In this document: positions 56,387 through 61,051 of the stretch, piece by piece
Numbering within the stretch: the first letter of the stretch is position 1
How the letters are laid out: each line of letters begins with the position of its first letter
From: Solirubrobacterales bacterium
GTDB taxonomy: Bacteria > Actinomycetota > Thermoleophilia > Solirubrobacterales > Solirubrobacteraceae
DNA length: 61,051 nt
Assembly (NCBI GenBank): GCA_003165655.1
Contig: PMOY01000096.1
Span: 1 to 61,051 of the forward strand
Direction of reading: 5' to 3'
Notes under the pieces: model-generated
Database searches by the model: none
The model's input: the letters and a program-made list of their open reading frames with translations, nothing else
Told to the model about the DNA's origin: nothing
Position numbers and translations under genes: made by a program

Positions 56387-58314
56387 TGCCGACAGCGTCG
56401 AGCAACGGCAATCCCGACGTCCTCACGGCAGCCCCCTCGAGCGGCCTGGTGCGAGTGGCCACGGCAGGGTCCGTCGACGACGGAAAGTCGACGCTCATCG
56501 GCCGCCTGCTCTATGACTCGAAGGCGCTCTTCGAGGACCAGCTCGAGCAGGTCGCCGCCGCGTCACGCCGCCGCCATGGCGACGGCGGGCAGATCGACCT
56601 CGCGCTGCTCACGGACGGCCTGCGGGCCGAACGCGAGCAGGGCATCACCATCGACGTCGCCTACCGGTACTTCGCCACACCGCGGAGGACGTTCATCATC
56701 GCGGACACCCCAGGGCACGTCAGCTACACGCGCAACATGGTGACCGGCGCCTCGACCGCTGATGTCGCGATCATCCTGCTCGACGCCCGCAACGGCATCC
56801 AGCAGCAATCCCGCCGGCATGCGTTTATCGCCAGCCTGCTGCGGATCCCCCATCTGATGGTGTGCGTTAACAAGATGGATCTCGTCGACTACGATGCAGC
56901 GGTTTTCGACGCGATCGTCGACGAGTTCACATCGTTCGCGGCGAAGCTCGAGATCGGAGACCTGATCTTCCTGCCCATCTCGGCCCTGCACGGCGACAAC
57001 GTCGTCGAGCGCAGCCAGATCATGAGCTGGTTCGGTGGACCGCCGCTCCTCTACCAGCTCGAGCATCTCCACATCGCCTCCGACCGCAATCTAATCGACC
57101 CGCGGTTCCCGGTGCAGTGGGTCATCCGCCCCGGGACCGAGGAGCATCACGATTACCGCGGGTACGCTGGCCAAATCGCGGGCGGGGTGTTCCGCAAGGG
57201 CGAGGATGTCGTCGTGCTTCCGTCCGGGGTCGCGACCAAGGTGGCGGGCATCGACACGCTGGACGGGGAGCGCGACGAGGCCTTCGCCCCCATGTCGATC
57301 ACGCTCCGGCTCGAGGACGACGTCGACATCTCGCGCGGCGACATGCTGGCCCGGCCGCGCAACCGGCCGCTGGTCTCCCGCGATCTGTCGGCGGTGGTCT
57401 GCTGGATGAACGACGCCCCGCTCGAGCCCAAGCGGCGGTACGTCCTCCAGCACACCGCAAGCACCGTACGCGCCGTCGTGCAGGAGCTCGTCCACCGCAT
57501 CGACGTGGACACCCTGCATCGGGACGAGTCGGCGACGGAGCTCCGGCTCAACGAGATCGGGCGGGTTCGGCTGAGGACGTCGGCGCCGATCTGCTACGAC
57601 CCGTATCGCCGGAGCCGCGCGACAGGGTCGTTCATCCTGATCGACGAGGCGACCAATGAGACGCTCGCGGCCGGCATGCTCCTTGACCACGACGAGCCGT
57701 CCACCGCCGGCCGTTCGACGAACGTCGTCTGGGAGTCGACCGGACTGACGCGTGAGGCGCGCTGGGAGGCGCTCGGTCTGCGCGGCGCGACCGTGTGGCT
57801 CACGGGCCTTCCCTCCTCTGGGAAGTCGAGCATCGGAGCGCTGCTGGAGAAGCGGCTCCTGCGGGAGGGACGGTCGGCGTACCGCCTCGATGGTGACAAC
57901 CTCCGCCACGGCCTAAACGGGGATCTGAGCTTTTCGCCCGAGGACCGCGCCGAGAACGTCCGGCGGACCGCGTATGTCGCAGGGCTGCTCGCCGACGCGG
58001 GCACGGTAGCGATCGTCTCGCTGGTCAGCCCCTATCGTTCCGACCGCAATGCCGCCAGGGCGCTTCACGACGAGGATGACCTCAACTTCATCGAGATCTT
58101 CGTCAACACGCCGGCGGATGAATGCGCCCGCCGCGATCCCAAGGGTCTGTACGAGAAGGCACGGCGAGGGGAGATCACCGGATTCACCGGAGTCGACGCT
58201 CCGTATGAGCAACCACTCTCACCTGATCTGGAGCTGACACCGGGCGATCCGGAGGTTCATCTGGAGCGCATCCTTCGCGTCTTGCGCGCCCGCGAAGTCC
58301 TGCCCCTCGTCTAG
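56386..58314 (+). CDS. cysNC: Bifunctional sulfate adenylyltransferase subunit 1 / adenylyl-sulfate kinase
   Basis: GSVDDGKSTLIGRLL, EREQGITIDVAYRYF, ADTPGH, NKMD; C-terminal WLTGLPSSGKS, LDGDNLR, RDPKGLY. Confidence 0.96.
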   Translation: MPTASSNGNPDVLTAAPSSGLVRVATAGSVDDGKSTLIGRLLYDSKALFEDQLEQVAAASRRRHGDGGQIDLALLTDGLRAEREQGITIDVAYRYFATPRRTFIIADTPGHVSYTRNMVTGASTADVAIILLDARNGIQQQSRRHAFIASLLRIPHLMVCVNKMDLVDYDAAVFDAIVDEFTSFAAKLEIGDLIFLPISALHGDNVVERSQIMSWFGGPPLLYQLEHLHIASDRNLIDPRFPVQWVIRPGTEEHHDYRGYAGQIAGGVFRKGEDVVVLPSGVATKVAGIDTLDGERDEAFAPMSITLRLEDDVDISRGDMLARPRNRPLVSRDLSAVVCWMNDAPLEPKRRYVLQHTASTVRAVVQELVHRIDVDTLHRDESATELRLNEIGRVRLRTSAPICYDPYRRSRATGSFILIDEATNETLAAGMLLDHDEPSTAGRSTNVVWESTGLTREARWEALGLRGATVWLTGLPSSGKSSIGALLEKRLLREGRSAYRLDGDNLRHGLNGDLSFSPEDRAENVRRTAYVAGLLADAGTVAIVSLVSPYRSDRNAARALHDEDDLNFIEIFVNTPADECARRDPKGLYEKARRGEITGFTGVDAPYEQPLSPDLELTPGDPEVHLERILRVLRAREVLPLV

Positions 58315-58357
58315 GCCCACGTCCAGGAGGCTCATCAGCAGGCTAACTCGCCGCAAG

Positions 58358-59509
58358 TTACCTGCGGCTGGCGCTGAGATCGATGACGCCCTCCTGCGCG
58401 AGCTGATCGATCTCACGGGAGGTAAGTCCGATCTCCTCCAGGATCTCAGCGGTGTGCTGCCCCGGTCGCGGGGCGGGACCGGGCACCGAGGCGGGCGTTC
58501 GTTCGAGCCGTGGTGCCGGAGCGGGTTGCCAGGCACCGAACGCCTCGACCATTGTCTGGCGCGCGAGAGATTGCGGGTGACGGGCAGCCTCCTCCCACCC
58601 GAGAACCGGCGCAAAGCAGGCGTCACTACCTTCAAATACGGCGATCCAATCATCGCGGCTGCGCTGAGCGAAGATGTCCTCGAGCAGCCGATGCAACTCG
58701 CTCCAGCGCGCGCGGTCGTACTGGGGCCAGTCGGAGGGATCGCCCCCCACGCGCCTCAGCAGCTCGCCGTAAAACTGCGGCTCCACCGCCGCGACGGCGA
58801 CGTACAGGCCGTCAGCAGTCGCGTAGGTGCGGTAGAACGGTGCGCCTCCGTCCATGATGTTGGCGCCGCGTCGGTCCTCCCAGAGCCCGCCCGCCCGGAG
58901 GTCGGCCACCGTCGTGGCGAGTAGGGTGACCCCGTCGAGGATGGCGGCGTCGACCACCTGGCCCACGCCGGAGCGGTGGCGCTCGAGCAGAGCGATCAGA
59001 ATGCCCAGGGCGAGGAGCATTCCCCCGCCACCGAAGTCGCCGATCAGGTTCAGCGGTGGTGGTGGGTTGGAATCCGGTGCGCCAATCGCCCCCAGAACTC
59101 CGGCTAGGGCAAGGTAATTGAGGTCGTGTCCGGCGACCGTCGCGTGCGGTCCGTCCTGCCCCCAGCCGGTCATTCGCCCGAACACCAACCGCGGGTTGCG
59201 GGTAAGGCAGACGTCGGGCCCGACGCCGAGTTGCTCGGCGACGCCGGGGCGGAAGCCCTCGGTGAGGACGTCGGCGCGGTCGATTAGATCCAGCAAGATC
59301 TCGACGCCTTTGGGCCGCTTCAGGTCGAGGGTGAGCGAGCGCCGGCCGCGATCGAGCAGGTGCGGGCGGTCGCCCGGCACGGCATCCTGGCGGTCGACGC
59401 GGTCGACGCGCACAACGTCGGCTCCGAAGTCGGCCAGCAGCATTCCTGCGAACGGAGCCGGCCCGATCGCACCCAGCTCCACGACCCGGATGCCCTCGAG
59501 GGGCCTCAC
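58358..59509 (-). CDS. Alpha-methylacyl-CoA racemase (CaiB/BaiF family)
   Basis: GPAPFA, EGFRPGV, RMTGWGQDGP, GHDLNY, DFGGG, DGGAPFY, QPAPAPR. Confidence 0.9.
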   Translation of the reverse strand: MRPLEGIRVVELGAIGPAPFAGMLLADFGADVVRVDRVDRQDAVPGDRPHLLDRGRRSLTLDLKRPKGVEILLDLIDRADVLTEGFRPGVAEQLGVGPDVCLTRNPRLVFGRMTGWGQDGPHATVAGHDLNYLALAGVLGAIGAPDSNPPPPLNLIGDFGGGGMLLALGILIALLERHRSGVGQVVDAAILDGVTLLATTVADLRAGGLWEDRRGANIMDGGAPFYRTYATADGLYVAVAAVEPQFYGELLRRVGGDPSDWPQYDRARWSELHRLLEDIFAQRSRDDWIAVFEGSDACFAPVLGWEEAARHPQSLARQTMVEAFGAWQPAPAPRLERTPASVPGPAPRPGQHTAEILEEIGLTSREIDQLAQEGVIDLSASRR

Positions 59510-61051
59510 CGCGGCGCCGGCCGGCGGTAGGACGCCTCGGGCCGGTCGGTGAGGAGCTGCTCGAGAACTCGGGTCTGAACCTTCTGAGTAGGCGTCGTAG
59601 GCAGGTCCTCCACCACCTGCAGCAGGTCGGGCATGGCCGAGCGTTTGAGCCGAGCTACGCATCGCTCGTAGACCACCGCCGGATCGAAGCTCGTCGCATC
59701 CTGTGGCACGACCGCCGCCACCACCTGCTTCTCACCAGGCGCACCACTCGCGGCGGCGATGCCGTAGACGCACACGTCCCGCACTTCGGGCATCTCGGCG
59801 ATCACGCGGACGATCGTCTCCACCGGGACGAAGTCGCCGAGCTTGCGAATGCCACCCTCCTCATCCCGGTGCGAGAAGAACAGCCAGCCACCGTCGTCCC
59901 GCCAGCCATGGTCGCCGGTCAACAGCCAGTCGTGGCGCAGCTTCTCAGCGCTGGCGGCGGGATCACCCCAGTACTCGAGCTGCGATCGGTCGTCGAGCGC
60001 TCGCACAGCGATCTCCCCGGTTTGGCCCGGGGGCAGCGGCCGACCCTCAGGGTCCAGGATCCCGATCTCGCGGTCACCGAGCGGCCGCCCCACCGAACCC
60101 GATGGTCCCTGACCCGGGGGCCGGACGGCGAGCACCCCAATCTCGCTGGTCCCGTAGTTCTCCTGTATCTGGACGCCGAAGCGCTCGGCGAACGGTTCCC
60201 GGAGCGCGGGTGGAATGCCGGCGCTCACGACGAGTCTCACACGGTGGGCGCGATCTGCGGGCGACGGGGGCTGTGCGTAGATAGCGGTAGCGATGCCACC
60301 GAGGTTCGACCACGTCGTCGCGCCGTGTTCGCTGCACACCTCCCAGTGGCGCGAAGCGGTGAACCAGCGACTGAACACGGAGTGATCGACTTGAGCGAAC
60401 AACGCCGGGAACATGGTCAGGCCGCGGGCGTTTCCGTGGACGAGCGGCAAGCCCGTGTAGGGCACGTCGTCGTGGCGGTACCCGCAGGCGGGTCCGATCT
60501 GCCGGTAGTGCGCCAACGTCAGATATCGCATGACGATCGGCTTGGGCGCGCCCGTCGTCCCGGACGTGTACTGAATGATCCAGACGTCACGCTCACTGTC
60601 CACATCGTCTCCGACGTCGGGGAGCTCTGGCCCATCGAGAACCTCGGTGAGGCTCGGATGCCCGGCCGCACGGACGCCGGCCTCGACCCCTTCCGGGGTT
60701 CGCACCGAGTACGCGGCGACCCCGGCGGCGCCGATCGGGTCTGCGGCCTGAGGCTCGGCCATAACATAGTCGGCCACGATCGCCGCCCGGCACCCGACGC
60801 GTTCGAGATAGAAGCGCAGCTGGTCGCCCACGGCGCGGGGATCGAGCGGCACCGCCACCCCCCCGAGCTTCGACAGCGCCACGAGCGAATAGACGAATTC
60901 AGGGTGGTTGCGCATCTGAATCGCGACTCGATCGCCCCGCCGCACGCCGTCCGCGCGCAGCCGCGCGGCGATCTGGTTGGCGTGGAGGGCGAGCTCGCCA
61001 GCGGAGATCGACTCGCTCAGTCCAGGGCCACGCTCGAACACGTGCACCAGC
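59506..61051 (-). CDS. CoA ligase (CaiC-like, AMP-binding); start probably beyond the window edge
   Basis: YTSGTTGAPK, PLVHGNA, YGTSE, TGD, LPTTPTQK. Confidence 0.88.
   Translation of the reverse strand, partial: LVHVFERGPGLSESISAGELALHANQIAARLRADGVRRGDRVAIQMRNHPEFVYSLVALSKLGGVAVPLDPRAVGDQLRFYLERVGCRAAIVADYVMAEPQAADPIGAAGVAAYSVRTPEGVEAGVRAAGHPSLTEVLDGPELPDVGDDVDSERDVWIIQYTSGTTGAPKPIVMRYLTLAHYRQIGPACGYRHDDVPYTGLPLVHGNARGLTMFPALFAQVDHSVFSRWFTASRHWEVCSEHGATTWSNLGGIATAIYAQPPSPADRAHRVRLVVSAGIPPALREPFAERFGVQIQENYGTSEIGVLAVRPPGQGPSGSVGRPLGDREIGILDPEGRPLPPGQTGEIAVRALDDRSQLEYWGDPAASAEKLRHDWLLTGDHGWRDDGGWLFFSHRDEEGGIRKLGDFVPVETIVRVIAEMPEVRDVCVYGIAAASGAPGEKQVVAAVVPQDATSFDPAVVYERCVARLKRSAMPDLLQVVEDLPTTPTQKVQTRVLEQLLTDRPEASYRRPAPR

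Noticed and set aside
58342-58357. Operator half-site GCAAG (also 16009, and CTTGC at 16088 and 45553)
   Set aside because: The other half is missing or the site lies between convergent genes.

Overview
High-GC, actinobacterial-looking (probably Solirubrobacterales/Thermoleophilia-like) catabolic region of about 52 intact CDS. It encodes CoA ligases, CoA transferases, acyl-CoA dehydrogenases, crotonases (two of the 6-oxocamphor-hydrolase type), hot-dog dehydratases, SDRs, two paralogous P450s with a non-canonical I-helix, two luciferase-like monooxygenases, an HsaA-type hydroxylase, a Liv-type ABC importer, an MFS transporter, a LuxE/LuxC-like acid-reductase pair and cysD-cysNC. I saw no rRNA, tRNA, CRISPR array or intact transposase. 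Non-obvious signals: (1) a 16-bp palindrome CTTGC-N6-GCAAG sits in about 17 promoter positions at 1-32 kb and 55 kb, including both sides of a flavin reductase-GntR fusion gene; (2) a second motif, AGnATACT-s-y-w-w/y-T, is confined to the 36-53 kb FadR/luxEC module; (3) luxC is followed by a 42-codon mini-luxE made only of the N- and C-termini, then by a 45-bp near-exact copy of an internal piece of the LLM gene 27 kb away; (4) many intergenic gaps are collapsed gene scars that often keep their RBS and stop/start overlap; (5) a perfect 33-bp palindrome lies at 8012-8044. All product calls come from motif recognition by eye; no searches were run.
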